This document shows positions 36,799-47,451 of a stretch of DNA of 64,000 nt, piece after piece. Each line of letters starts with the position of its first letter. Position 1 is the stretch's first letter. This DNA is from Candidatus Kapaibacterium sp. (lineage in GTDB: Bacteria > Bacteroidota > Ignavibacteria > Kapaibacteriales > UBA2268). A program made the translations under genes and the position numbers. Under the pieces are notes generated by a model. It saw nothing but the letters and a program-made list of their open reading frames with translations. It did no database searches and was not told where the DNA came from. The stretch lies in assembly GCA_937927515.1 (NCBI GenBank), contig CALBDO010000003.1:67274-131273 (forward strand), given 5' to 3'.

Positions 36799-38340
36799 CT
36801 ATTCGTTTTCCTGTTGATATTCTTCTACTTTTTCCAATTTTGTGCTCTCATCTTGGATAAAAGGTAATGAAAATGCAAATGTTGAGCCCTTTCCTAAGAC
36901 ACTTTTGACCCAAACTTTTCCTCTCATAGCTTGGACTAATCGCTTCACAATCCACAGACCCAGACCAGAGGATGGTTCATCCCCGGTTGGTTTGGCGCTC
37001 AAGCGAGCACCTCTTTGAAATGCTCGATTTATGTCTTCATCAGACAATCCCAGTCCATTATCTATGACTTGAATTACTACTTTGTCGTCTTTTCTTTCGG
37101 AAGTAACCCGAACTTCTCCACCTTTTTGGGTAAACTTTATAGCATTCGAGACAAGATTGTCTAGGACTTCATAAACTTTATATTTATCAAACAAAAATTC
37201 TTCCAATTTGCTATCAATATCAACATATATGTTTATGTTTTTGAGTTGAGCATTTCGTGTATTAGCTTTGACGACTTCATTAATAACCTCATTCACGTTA
37301 CCTAATTCGAGATTTAAACTTACAAGAGATGATTCAAGAGCAAGAATACGTGAAACCTCCTGAGAAAGGGCAACTATCCTGTTTGAGGTTTGAAGTATAT
37401 CGTCGATAATTTCTTGCTGTTCAGTTGCAGTTAAGTCGTAAGAACGAAGAAGTTCTACGAGATTTTTAATTAAAGCAGCTGGATTTTTGATATCGTGGAT
37501 AATCACTGCGAACAATTCATCTTTCTGTCTTTGGAGCTCCTCCAATTCTTCCTTGCTATTGGATAATTTTTCTACTTTTTCTTTGAGTTCAATATTTTGT
37601 CGTCGCAGCTCTTCTGCGCGCGAGTTTAATGCATCTATCTGGCCACGGAGCGCAGCAATCTCCGCTCGTAAATTGCTATTTTCCAATACAATTTGCTCGT
37701 ACTTTTGCTTATCAATTGTCATCTTGCTTGGTGATTCAGCAAAAGTCCTTTTAGCTTTGGATTTAGACTTATTGATTATGATTAATATTATAATGAAAAC
37801 CAAAAAGGCTGCACCAAAACCAAATAAAAGTGATTTGAGCTCGAAACCATAAAAAACCCTTCTCTCAATATTTTCGGAATTCAAATGTGTAGGAATCTTT
37901 GGAGTTGTCTGTGTTAACTTTTTAATCTCCTTTATTTTTGAGCTTAATTTATTGTTTACAATAAATTCGATATCCAAAGGCTTTGCCACCCATTTATTCC
38001 TTGGATCGAAAGCCTGTATAGTTAATTTATAGAAATCCTCTGGAAGATTTTTGTAATTAATGTTCTTCAAGTTTACTGTATAAGCAGAAGAATCTTTGCT
38101 ATTTTTAATAACAACACGAAAAATAAAAGGAGTTCGCAAAGAAGTATCTTTTGTTTCAAGATGGAAGAAAAAGGAAATGGAATCATTTCTCGAAAAGACA
38201 AGGAAATCGAGTTCCTCTGATGTGAGTTCTCTCCCATTTACTTTAATGAAATCAAGCTTAACTTCTCTATCCTCTGAATGTAAAAACTTGGTATTGAAAA
38301 CAAGAGATAACAAAAGGAACGTTATAAAAAGCTTTTTCAT
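36799..38340 (-). CDS. Sensor histidine kinase with extracytoplasmic beta-sandwich and long coiled coil
   Basis: Signal peptide, YKNLPEDFYKLTIQA (Y_Y_Y-like), TM helix, coiled coil, IIHDIKNP, NLVSNAIKF, GLGLWIV. Confidence 0.88.
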   Translation of the reverse strand: MKKLFITFLLLSLVFNTKFLHSEDREVKLDFIKVNGRELTSEELDFLVFSRNDSISFFFHLETKDTSLRTPFIFRVVIKNSKDSSAYTVNLKNINYKNLPEDFYKLTIQAFDPRNKWVAKPLDIEFIVNNKLSSKIKEIKKLTQTTPKIPTHLNSENIERRVFYGFELKSLLFGFGAAFLVFIIILIIINKSKSKAKRTFAESPSKMTIDKQKYEQIVLENSNLRAEIAALRGQIDALNSRAEELRRQNIELKEKVEKLSNSKEELEELQRQKDELFAVIIHDIKNPAALIKNLVELLRSYDLTATEQQEIIDDILQTSNRIVALSQEVSRILALESSLVSLNLELGNVNEVINEVVKANTRNAQLKNINIYVDIDSKLEEFLFDKYKVYEVLDNLVSNAIKFTQKGGEVRVTSERKDDKVVIQVIDNGLGLSDEDINRAFQRGARLSAKPTGDEPSSGLGLWIVKRLVQAMRGKVWVKSVLGKGSTFAFSLPFIQDESTKLEKVEEYQQENE

Positions 38341-38397
38341 TTTCAAACCTAAAAAATGATGTTTAAATTAAAAAAATTTTAGCAACAACGAGTAAAA

Positions 38398-39969
38398 CTA
38401 ATGTTTAAAATGGCGCATATTTGTGAAAACCATAGCAATATTATTTTGGTTCGCGGCTTCAATTACCTCCTTGTCGCGAATTGAGCCCCCTGGTTGAATA
38501 ATTGCAGTGGCTCCAGCTTTGGCGGCTTCGACAACACCATCGGGGAATGGAAAGAAAGCATCCGATGCAACAACAGTACCATTTAAATCCAAACCCATTA
38601 ATCTTGCTTTTTCAATCGCAATTCGAGAGGAATCCACCCGCGACATCTGTCCAGCTCCAATTCCAATTGTTCTATCTGCCCTGGCAAAAACAATTGCGTT
38701 AGATTTAACGTGTTTAACAACCTTGAGACCAAAAATCATCGACTGTATTTCTTCTTCTGTTGGTTCTCGCTGGGTAACGACTTTAAAATTATCAGGATTG
38801 AATAGCCAACGGTCGGCATCCTGAACCAGCAGAGCATTGACAACACTACGATAATCTACCGAAACAGAGCTTTTAAAACCTTCAATGTTCACTTTAATTA
38901 GTCTTCTGTCCTTTTTTCTTTTTAAAATTTCCAGAGCCTCGACTGTAAAATCTGGTGCAATTATTACCTCCGTAAATATTGGATGCACTTCATTAGCGAA
39001 TTCTTTTCCAACTGTGTGATTGGTGACAATTATGCCTCCAAATGGAGAGACTGTGTCTGTTGTAAAAGCCTTTTTAAATGCTTCAACCAGATTAGTATCT
39101 GTTCCAACCCCACAAGGATTAGTGTGTTTGATAATGGCAACTGTTGGTAAATCAAACTCAATTATCAAACGGGTTGCCGAGTCGATGTCAAGAATGTTAT
39201 TATAGGATAACTCTTTACCATGTAATTTTTCAAAAAGAGAACTGAAACTACCATATAAACTAGCCCGTTGTTGAGGATTTTCCCCATATCGAAGATTGTA
39301 TTCCATTGGTAAAGAAATTTGAAAAAATTTGGTATACTCCGATGAAGAAATTTTGCGAAAGAAATCAGCAATTACAACGTCGTAGTGAGCAATGTATTCA
39401 AATGTCTCGGCAGCTAAACTCAATCTAAAATTTAAAGGTATGGATAAATTATTATTTTCTAAAACTTTTAAAATTTCATTATACCTATTAGGATTAACAA
39501 CAGGCAATGTCCAGTGAAAATTTTTACTTGCAGCCCTTAATAATGAAGGACCACCAATATCTATCATTTCTAGTATTTCAAGTAACTCTTCCTCTTTGAT
39601 TTTGCCATTCGAGGAGAGATTTTTTATAGTAGATTCAAAAGGGTACAAATTGCAAACCACCAAATCAATCGAATTAATATTGTGAATATCAAGTTGCTTA
39701 CAATGGTCAGGTTTGTCCATTCGTGCAAGAATTCCAGCAAAAAGTTTTGGATGCAAAGTTTTCACCCTCCCATCTAAAATCTCCGGAAATTGAGTTATTT
39801 CCTCTACGCTACGCACTTTCAAACCATTATCTGAAAGAAACCTCTTCGTTCCTCCAGTAGAGTAAATTTCAATACCAAGATTTGATAGACCTTTGGCAAA
39901 TTCAACTATCCCAGTTTTGTCGTAAACGGAAATTAGAGCATTTTTCAACTTATGATGTAATAGTTCCAT
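38398..39969 (-). CDS. purH: Bifunctional AICAR transformylase/IMP cyclohydrolase
   Basis: ALISVYDK, GRVKTLHP, IDIGGP, RYGENP, KHTNPCG, SDAFFPF. Confidence 0.98.
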   Translation of the reverse strand: MELLHHKLKNALISVYDKTGIVEFAKGLSNLGIEIYSTGGTKRFLSDNGLKVRSVEEITQFPEILDGRVKTLHPKLFAGILARMDKPDHCKQLDIHNINSIDLVVCNLYPFESTIKNLSSNGKIKEEELLEILEMIDIGGPSLLRAASKNFHWTLPVVNPNRYNEILKVLENNNLSIPLNFRLSLAAETFEYIAHYDVVIADFFRKISSSEYTKFFQISLPMEYNLRYGENPQQRASLYGSFSSLFEKLHGKELSYNNILDIDSATRLIIEFDLPTVAIIKHTNPCGVGTDTNLVEAFKKAFTTDTVSPFGGIIVTNHTVGKEFANEVHPIFTEVIIAPDFTVEALEILKRKKDRRLIKVNIEGFKSSVSVDYRSVVNALLVQDADRWLFNPDNFKVVTQREPTEEEIQSMIFGLKVVKHVKSNAIVFARADRTIGIGAGQMSRVDSSRIAIEKARLMGLDLNGTVVASDAFFPFPDGVVEAAKAGATAIIQPGGSIRDKEVIEAANQNNIAMVFTNMRHFKH

Positions 39970-39980
39970 TTTAAATACCT

Positions 39981-41390
39981 TTAAAGTATATATTTGCTTA
40001 AATCAACATTTTCTATAATCTTGTTTAACTTTTCTTGGACCATTTGAACAGTGACAACAATTTTAGTATCTTTTATTTTGTCTGGTGCGTTGAAAAGAAT
40101 ATCCTCTAAAAGAGTAGTCATAATAGTGTGCAATCGGCGAGCACCAATGTTGGTTATTTCTTCATTAACTCGTGCAGCAATTGCAGCAATTTCTCTAATA
40201 GCTTCGGGGTCGAATTCAAGGTTAATACCTTCGGTATCTAGTAATGCTTTGTATTGTTTTATCAAGGCATTTTCTGGAAGTGTTAGTATTTTCACAAAGT
40301 CGTCTTCTGAAAGGCTCTTCAATTCTACTCGAATTGGGAAACGCCCTTGCAACTCCGGAATTAAATCCGAGGGTTTCGACACATGGAATGCCCCAGATGC
40401 AATAAATAAAATATGGTCAGTTTTTACGGGGCCATACTTTGTATTTACTGTTGTACCTTCCACAATAGGCAGCAAATCTCTTTGAACACCTTCGCGAGAG
40501 ACATCTGGGCCAACGCCTTTACCCTGGCTTGATGCAATTTTATCAATTTCATCGATGAAAATTATTCCCATATTCTCCGCTCTTTCCAATGCTTCTTTAA
40601 CAACGCTCTCCATATCGATTAACTTTTCGGTCTCTTCCTTCAAAATTTGATTTCTTGCCTCGGCAACTGTCATCTTCCTTCTTACTCTTTTTTTAGGAAA
40701 CAATTGACTAACCATATCTTGAATAGAATTACCAATTTCATCCATTCCAAATGGTCCAAAAATTTGTACAGGTGGGGCCATCTCACTCTCTACCTCAATC
40801 TCTATTACTCTTGTGTCGAAAAAACCGGCTTTGTACAATTCCCTTAATTTTTCTCTATTTTCCTCAAGCTCGGTTTCACTTCCCTCGACATCGAAAGAGA
40901 TGCTCTTGGATTTCTTCGGAAATAATATGTTCAAAATTCTCTCTTCTGTTGCTCGTTTTGCCTCCTCCATTTTTTCTTGAGTTTTTTCTTGTTTAACCAT
41001 TACAACTGCACGCTCAACAAGGTCGCGGACCATTGATTCAACATCACGACCAACATAGCCAACCTCGGTATACTTTGTTGCTTCAACCTTGACAAAAGGT
41101 GCATTTACTAATTTTGCAAGCCTTCGAGCAATTTCAGTTTTCCCTACTCCAGTTGGTCCTATCATTATAATATTGTTTGGCAAAATTTCCTCGCGAAGAT
41201 TACTCATTACTTTTCTTCTTCGCCATCTGTTCCTTAATGCTATAGCCACTATTCGTTTCGCTTCCTCTTGTCCGATAACATACTTATCCAACTCTCGAAC
41301 TATATCGCTTGGAGTAAGTTCCCAATCAGAGCGATGAAAAGATTTCTTTTCGATTGTGTGTTCACTTTGCAAATCAATTTTCTCTTTCAT
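39981..41390 (-). CDS. hslU: ATP-dependent protease ATPase subunit HslU
   Basis: [50 protein letters not shown]. Confidence 0.97.
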   Translation of the reverse strand: MKEKIDLQSEHTIEKKSFHRSDWELTPSDIVRELDKYVIGQEEAKRIVAIALRNRWRRRKVMSNLREEILPNNIIMIGPTGVGKTEIARRLAKLVNAPFVKVEATKYTEVGYVGRDVESMVRDLVERAVVMVKQEKTQEKMEEAKRATEERILNILFPKKSKSISFDVEGSETELEENREKLRELYKAGFFDTRVIEIEVESEMAPPVQIFGPFGMDEIGNSIQDMVSQLFPKKRVRRKMTVAEARNQILKEETEKLIDMESVVKEALERAENMGIIFIDEIDKIASSQGKGVGPDVSREGVQRDLLPIVEGTTVNTKYGPVKTDHILFIASGAFHVSKPSDLIPELQGRFPIRVELKSLSEDDFVKILTLPENALIKQYKALLDTEGINLEFDPEAIREIAAIAARVNEEITNIGARRLHTIMTTLLEDILFNAPDKIKDTKIVVTVQMVQEKLNKIIENVDLSKYIL

Positions 41391-41409
41391 ATCTGAATTA
41401 ACAAAAAGA

Positions 41410-41417
41410 CAAAATTA
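41410..41417 (-). promoter_or_regulatory. TAnnTTTG -7 element upstream of hslU
   Basis: Minus strand TAATTTTG 19 nt before the hslU ATG. Confidence 0.4.
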
Positions 41418-41495
41418 CCAAAAACAATTGGTATAAATTCATTATTAAAATGTTAGCGAAATTTACGAATTTTGATATTTTTATTATTACCAATT

Positions 41496-42611
41496 ATGAA
41501 AACTGTTCTTTTAATTTTTGGCACGAGACCAGAAGGCATTAAGTTAGCATCATTAATAAATAAACTTAAGCAAAGAGATGATTTACGAACAATTACTTGC
41601 ATTACTTCCCAACACAAAAGATTACTACACCAGGTAGTTGAGTACTTTAAAATACCTATAGATTATAATCTTGATGTTATGATTGAAAATCAAACTCTCG
41701 ATTATATTACACAAATGACAATTGCTAAACTGGAAAGAATTTTTGATGATGTCCATCCAGACCTAACAGTTGTTCAAGGAGATGCCACATCTTCTCTTGT
41801 CGGTGCAATTTCTTCCTTCTACCACAAGGTCCCAGTTGCCCATATCGAAGCTGGACTTCGAACTAACGACAAGAATTATCCATTTCCTGAGGAAATAAAT
41901 CGACGTTTGATAACTCAAATTGCAAATTTTCACTTTGCACCCACCAAAAAATCTGTTGAAAATCTTTTATCCGAGCACATACCAAAGGAGCAAATATTTT
42001 TAGTTGGCAACACAACAATTGATGCTCAATTGTCCACACTTAAATATCTTTCCGAAAAAGAAGATTTTTATAATTCAATGTTCAAAAATATTAATTTCGA
42101 AAAAAAGATACTTTTGGTAACTTGTCACAGAAGAGAAAACTTTGGAAAGCCTTTCGAGGAAATCTGCAATACTTTGATGCACCTAGCCAAAAAATTTAAC
42201 GATATTGAGATTGTTTTTCCAGTTCACTTAAATCCAAACATAAGAAAAGTAGCCTTTTCACTGCTTAAATCTTCAAAAATACATTTATTAGAACCACTCG
42301 ATTATCCCGCACTTCTTTTTTTGATGAAAAAATCATACTTGATTCTTACAGACAGCGGTGGTCTGCAAGAAGAAGCACCAACATTAGGAAAGCCAGTACT
42401 GGTTCTAAGGGAAAAGACCGAACGGGTTGAAAGTGTCGAACTGGGTATTTCAAAAGTTGTTGGAACGAAAAGAGAAAATATTATAAACTGGACAGAAAAA
42501 TTACTTCTTGAGCAAGAAAGTTATGAACAAATGGCAAAAGTTTGCTTTCCTTACGGGGACGGGACCGCTTCGGATAAGATATACAACAAAATACTTGAAT
42601 TGTTACTTTAA
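41496..42611 (+). CDS. wecB: UDP-N-acetylglucosamine 2-epimerase (non-hydrolysing)
   Basis: GTRPE, HIEAGLRT, PFPEEINR, HRREN, DSGGLQEEAP, YGDG. Confidence 0.95.
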   Translation: MKTVLLIFGTRPEGIKLASLINKLKQRDDLRTITCITSQHKRLLHQVVEYFKIPIDYNLDVMIENQTLDYITQMTIAKLERIFDDVHPDLTVVQGDATSSLVGAISSFYHKVPVAHIEAGLRTNDKNYPFPEEINRRLITQIANFHFAPTKKSVENLLSEHIPKEQIFLVGNTTIDAQLSTLKYLSEKEDFYNSMFKNINFEKKILLVTCHRRENFGKPFEEICNTLMHLAKKFNDIEIVFPVHLNPNIRKVAFSLLKSSKIHLLEPLDYPALLFLMKKSYLILTDSGGLQEEAPTLGKPVLVLREKTERVESVELGISKVVGTKRENIINWTEKLLLEQESYEQMAKVCFPYGDGTASDKIYNKILELLL

Positions 42612-43898
42612 TCTTGCTAAAAGGTCGTAGGTCTTTGCTTTAAGTATTTCTACATTTACAAACTCACCAATGGATACATCTGGGTCAGCCTTTAAGTAAA
42701 CCAAGTTGTCGACTTCGGGAGCATCAAATTCGGTTCGACATATATATAAGCCATTGTTTTTATCATCAATAAGCACTTTAAGCTCTTTCCCAACCAACTC
42801 TTTGTTCTTTCTTAAGGAAATCTTACTTTGAACTTTTAATATCTCCTGAAGTCGATAGTTTTTTGTTTCTTCGGGTATCGGGTCTCCAAAGTTAAATGCA
42901 TAAGTTCCATCTTCACAAGAATATGTGAATACTCCGACTCTTTCCAACTCATAATCATTAAGAAATTGTATTAACTCCTCAAAGTCTTTTTCCGTTTCGG
43001 TAGGGTAACCAACAATTAAAGTTGAACGAATATAAGCATTAGGAACCTTTGCTCGTATGTTTTCAATTAAATTTACTATATTCTTTTTAGAATTGCCTCT
43101 AAGCATCGATTTCAACACGCTGTCGGAAATATGTTGTATTGGGATGTCGAAATAGTTGCAAATTTTTGGCTCTTCCGCAACATAGTCGATTAGCCCATCT
43201 GGTATTCCAGCTGGGTACAAGTACATAATTCTTATCCAAGAAATTTCGGGAATAGCTACTAATTCCCTCAAGAGTTGCAGAAGCTTCGGCTCCCCATAAA
43301 TGTCAATCCCATATGATGAGGTGTCCTGCGAAACTATAATCAACTCCCTCACTCCCTTGCAAGCTAGAGATTTAGCCTCTTCAACTAAGTTTGGAATAGG
43401 GAACGAACGCAATCTCCCTCGAATGTTTGGAATTGCACAGAAAGCGCATTCTCTATTGCACCCTTCGCTTATTTTCAGATAAGCATAATGTTTCGGCGTG
43501 AGAAGTTGCCTTTCTCCTAATAATTGACTCTTTAACTGAGCATCTGATTTAAGATATCTTACAACCTGCTCCAAGCTTTCCACTCCGACAAAGAGGTCTA
43601 CTTCATTGAATTCCTCCCGAAGGATTTCCTTGAAACGTTCGACCAAACATCCGGCAACAATGACCTTTTGCAACTTCCCTTGGATTTTTAAATTCATTAC
43701 TTCCAGGAGGACCTTTAAATTCTCTTCAACGGCAGGTTTTATAAATCCACAAGTATTAACAATGCAGGTTTCCGATTTGTCGATATTATCTACTACATTA
43801 AAACCATTTGCTGTAAGAGCACCTATTAATTTCTCGCTATCGACAACGTTTTTGGGGCATCCGAGCGTCAAAACAGAAATATTTTTTGAATTTTGCAT
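42603..43898 (-). CDS. rimO: Ribosomal protein S12 methylthiotransferase
   Basis: LGCPKNVVDSE, NTCGFI, EGCNRECAFCAIP, DAPEVD, TRAM domain. Confidence 0.95.
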   Translation of the reverse strand: MQNSKNISVLTLGCPKNVVDSEKLIGALTANGFNVVDNIDKSETCIVNTCGFIKPAVEENLKVLLEVMNLKIQGKLQKVIVAGCLVERFKEILREEFNEVDLFVGVESLEQVVRYLKSDAQLKSQLLGERQLLTPKHYAYLKISEGCNRECAFCAIPNIRGRLRSFPIPNLVEEAKSLACKGVRELIIVSQDTSSYGIDIYGEPKLLQLLRELVAIPEISWIRIMYLYPAGIPDGLIDYVAEEPKICNYFDIPIQHISDSVLKSMLRGNSKKNIVNLIENIRAKVPNAYIRSTLIVGYPTETEKDFEELIQFLNDYELERVGVFTYSCEDGTYAFNFGDPIPEETKNYRLQEILKVQSKISLRKNKELVGKELKVLIDDKNNGLYICRTEFDAPEVDNLVYLKADPDVSIGEFVNVEILKAKTYDLLARLK

Positions 43899-43901
43899 TA
43901 T

Positions 43902-44567
43902 TTACCAATTTTTTTCAATGTGTTTTTCAACTCGAGGCAATAATTTTGCCCTAACTTCTTTTTGAGTTTTCTTTTCTTCGTTTCTCAAAGCATTTAAAAT
44001 ATTCTGGATGTTTTGTTGAGAAAGATTTTGCTGAGATTTATCCTGATTCGACTGACTCTTGTTTTGCTCTTGTGAATTTTTGTTTTCCTCCTTGGATGAA
44101 TCCCTTCGATTTTGATTTTCTTTTTGTCTTTGCTGCTCCATTATCAACATCCGTCGCGCATATTCAAGATTATATTTAGAATCAAAATCATTTGGATTAA
44201 GCTTCAAAGCATTTTTATAAAGCTCTATACTTTCTTTGTATTTTTTTTCTTTTAAATACGAATTACCAAGATTGTAATATGCCATTGCTTTTTCACTCTT
44301 TTCTTTTGTGGTATTTATTATCTCTAAATACTTTTGTTGAGATTCGTTGTACTTCCCTTGTTTATATAGTGAATTTCCAAGATTATATACAGCTCGTTTC
44401 TCCTCTGGATTTTTTTCCAAAGCCTTTCTGTAATTTAATTCAGCATCTTCATATTTTTTTTCTTTATACTTGCTATTGCCCATTCTTAATAAATCAATTG
44501 AATTTTGCGAAAGTAAATTGCTCGCGTAAACAAAGAGGCACAGTAGCATTAAAATTTTAACTTTCAT
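43902..44567 (-). CDS. batC: BatC-like TPR protein
   Basis: YNLGNSLY TPRs, Q/N-rich linker, EKNW end; follows batB. Confidence 0.8.
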   Translation of the reverse strand: MKVKILMLLCLFVYASNLLSQNSIDLLRMGNSKYKEKKYEDAELNYRKALEKNPEEKRAVYNLGNSLYKQGKYNESQQKYLEIINTTKEKSEKAMAYYNLGNSYLKEKKYKESIELYKNALKLNPNDFDSKYNLEYARRMLIMEQQRQKENQNRRDSSKEENKNSQEQNKSQSNQDKSQQNLSQQNIQNILNALRNEEKKTQKEVRAKLLPRVEKHIEKNW

Positions 44568-45604
44568 TTTTGGTTCTTCTGAATAAAATTATTCAACAAA
44601 AGAATGTATTTATTTTTTTGCTCTGTTATAAAAATTTCGAGTAACAGTATTAAAATAGCAACAAACAATGGGTATTGAAATTGAGACTCAAAATTGGAAT
44701 ACATTTTTGTTTCAAATTCAGTTTTTTCCATTTTTGCAATTTTTTCAATTATATGAGATAGGTCGGGGTCTAAACCAGAATTCATTAAGAACTCGCCACC
44801 ACCGAGAACAGCAATTTTTTCAAGCATTTGAGGATTTAACCTTGTTGTGACGACCGAACCATCTTTATCCTTTAAAAAAGTTTTAGAACCACCCTGATAA
44901 ACTGGTATAGGACCGCCCGTGAGAGTCCCCATACCAATTACGTGAATTACGAAATTGTTTTTTGCAGCGAATTCGGCCGCCGATAAAGCATCATCTTCAT
45001 GATTTTCCCCATCGGTAATAATAATCATGGCTTTTTTTCTCTTAGCATCAAAATTGAATTTATCGACAGCAAATTCGATTGCAGTACCTATTGCTGTCCC
45101 TTGAGTTGAAATTAAATTCGTCTCGATGTAGCTTGTAAACAATTTAGCAGCGCCATAATCGGTGGTCAAAGGTAGTTGAACAAAAGGCTCGCCAGCAAAT
45201 ACTACAATCCCAATTCTGTCGTTTTCAAGCTTATCTATTAACTTCATAATCATTTGCTTTGCTCGTTCCAAACGATTTGGCTTGATATCTTCTGCTTTCA
45301 TACTGTTGGAAATATCTAAAAGAATTACAACATCGACTCCCTGCCTTTTCCCTTGAACCAATTTTGTACCAAGCAAAGGATTTGCAAGAGTAATAATTAA
45401 AAAAGAAAAACCAAGAGAAATAAGTAAAAATTTAAAATTGGATTTGGTGGATGAAAGTCCCGGTGCCAAGTTCCCAAGTAAATTAATTTCTACAAATTGG
45501 GTTAAAAGTGATTTTTGTTTTTGCCTTTCCCAAATGTAAATAAATATAAACAACACAACTAATAAGAATGCCCAAAAAATGTGTATATTACCCCAAGTAA
45601 ACAT
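44564..45604 (-). CDS. batB: BatB-like vWA protein
   Basis: LANP, DISNSM MIDAS, PNRLERAK, PLTTDY, ITDGENHE. Confidence 0.85.
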   Translation of the reverse strand: MFTWGNIHIFWAFLLVVLFIFIYIWERQKQKSLLTQFVEINLLGNLAPGLSSTKSNFKFLLISLGFSFLIITLANPLLGTKLVQGKRQGVDVVILLDISNSMKAEDIKPNRLERAKQMIMKLIDKLENDRIGIVVFAGEPFVQLPLTTDYGAAKLFTSYIETNLISTQGTAIGTAIEFAVDKFNFDAKRKKAMIIITDGENHEDDALSAAEFAAKNNFVIHVIGMGTLTGGPIPVYQGGSKTFLKDKDGSVVTTRLNPQMLEKIAVLGGGEFLMNSGLDPDLSHIIEKIAKMEKTEFETKMYSNFESQFQYPLFVAILILLLEIFITEQKNKYILLLNNFIQKNQK

Positions 45605-45627
45605 ATGGCAGAGCCCGTAAATTTCTG

Positions 45628-46326
45628 TTACTTTTTAAAACCAACAACTATTCCGAAAATAGGAATCTCCACTCGAGGTAATTCCGGATGTGTAGTTTTA
45701 AATTTGATTTTACCACTGAAATTGCCAATATTATTTGGAGCGACTTTGACTTCGAGAGTGAAATCCTCATCAGCCTTCAAGAGTATATCAGGTTTTAAAT
45801 TTGAAAAAATTACATCTGGTGGGTCAGTCTGTGGTTCCTTAATTTTAAAATCTTCACCAGATGTATTTTTTAAAATTAACTTATACGTGGCGGTATCTCC
45901 AATAAACAAATTAGAAGCCATAATCTTTGAATCTGGAAAGAATTTTAAAGGAGGAACAAATTCGGCTCTCAGGTAATAATAGGTTTCTGGTTTTGTTGGG
46001 TCATTTGTTTCGAAAGAAATAGATTTAGTATGAATTCCAGGGCTTCGAGGTACCATCAAAGTCACATCCATTGTTGCATAGCCATTTGGCTCGATATTGT
46101 ATTTATCAAGTGGAGCAGCAGTACAACCACACCCGGGTTTTACATATAAAATTTTTAAGGTATCATCACCATCGTTGAAAATTTTTATCTTGGCTTTTAA
46201 TGGTTCATCAACATTGCGAACTTTTCCCCAGTCGTATGTGTCACCATTTTCAAAGCGTATTCTTGGTGCTGCAAACAAGATATTAACGCTGAATAATATA
46301 CACAAGAATGACAATGCTCTATTCAT
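45628..46326 (-). CDS. DUF1573 domain protein
   Basis: Signal peptide, YDWGKV, KPGCGCTA, second Ig-like domain. Confidence 0.8.
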   Translation of the reverse strand: MNRALSFLCILFSVNILFAAPRIRFENGDTYDWGKVRNVDEPLKAKIKIFNDGDDTLKILYVKPGCGCTAAPLDKYNIEPNGYATMDVTLMVPRSPGIHTKSISFETNDPTKPETYYYLRAEFVPPLKFFPDSKIMASNLFIGDTATYKLILKNTSGEDFKIKEPQTDPPDVIFSNLKPDILLKADEDFTLEVKVAPNNIGNFSGKIKFKTTHPELPRVEIPIFGIVVGFKK

Positions 46327-46376
46327 ATGGAAACTCCTTTTATAAATAAATTATACGAAAAAGATTTTTTTTTCTT

Positions 46377-47378
46377 TTACTTCAAATGCAAATAAAATAC
46401 TGAATAGACATTTGTTACAATTTTCAAAGGTTTGTTACTAGTTTGTGCTGATGGTGGTATTTTGTAAACTATTTTTATCTGTTGCGTAATTTTGCTATCC
46501 TTAACCAATCCAGTACGTTTATCCAAAACCAAAGAGCCATTCTGTTTACCAGTTAATTCCGTCAAATCTTGATTAAACTCTCTTAACTTCTCTTTATTAA
46601 ACTGAATGGCTGAAGTAAGGTCCACCAGAAGCGTATCGTTTCTTAAAGAATTTAATGTAAACGTATTTATTATATGAGATGGTATAGGCTCTGTGGGAAA
46701 TAAATGAATCTCCCAACTACTTCCAGTAGTAACAGGTTGCTCTGGATAAACATTAAAAATTTTTTCGAAAGACTTTTTTAATTCGTTTTGATTGAAGAAA
46801 CTTCCGACTATCTGAGAAAGCATAGATTTATCAATTCCCTTAAATTCCTTTAATTTCAACATTTGACTAATTACTGAATTTATTAAAGAATCCACTCCAA
46901 GAAGAGATATATTCTTTCCTTTTTTATCCACTATCAATTTAAACTCCTTATCAATCAAATTTCCGTAAAAAATATCCAGAGGAGTTTCGTTTTTCGACCT
47001 AAGCTGAGTATTTACATCGACAGTGAATAATTGTGAACTAATATTTTGTTGTATTGTTTTAAATTTCACAGAAAAAAGGAAATTTCCGAAAGTATCCTTT
47101 TCTTTTGGTTGAAGTACATATACAATTTTCTGAAAATGGTTGGTAATAGCATTCAAGGTGTCAATTTTTTGTGTAATTTTTTGTTCCAATCGACTTTCAA
47201 AGTGATACTCTTTTCCAAGTTCAGGGTTTAACTCAAGAAGGAATTTATTTGAGGTTTGCTGTTCAACGTATCCTATTGAATCAGAAGGGTTTGAGCCTCG
47301 TCTCTCATCAGCAATTTTTTTGGGTTCGCAAGAAAAAATAAAAAAAACAAACAGGAATAATAAAAAAAATCTCGACAT
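46377..47378 (-). CDS. Lipoprotein of unknown function (DUF6263-like)
   Basis: FIFSC lipobox, YPEQPVTTGSSW, LDKRTGL. Confidence 0.6.
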   Translation of the reverse strand: MSRFFLLFLFVFFIFSCEPKKIADERRGSNPSDSIGYVEQQTSNKFLLELNPELGKEYHFESRLEQKITQKIDTLNAITNHFQKIVYVLQPKEKDTFGNFLFSVKFKTIQQNISSQLFTVDVNTQLRSKNETPLDIFYGNLIDKEFKLIVDKKGKNISLLGVDSLINSVISQMLKLKEFKGIDKSMLSQIVGSFFNQNELKKSFEKIFNVYPEQPVTTGSSWEIHLFPTEPIPSHIINTFTLNSLRNDTLLVDLTSAIQFNKEKLREFNQDLTELTGKQNGSLVLDKRTGLVKDSKITQQIKIVYKIPPSAQTSNKPLKIVTNVYSVFYLHLK

Positions 47379-47451
47379 TTAAATCTCCAAAATAACAAAA
47401 TTAACTACTAATTCGTTTTAAATATTTGGTAGAATTCAAAAATTGTGACAA

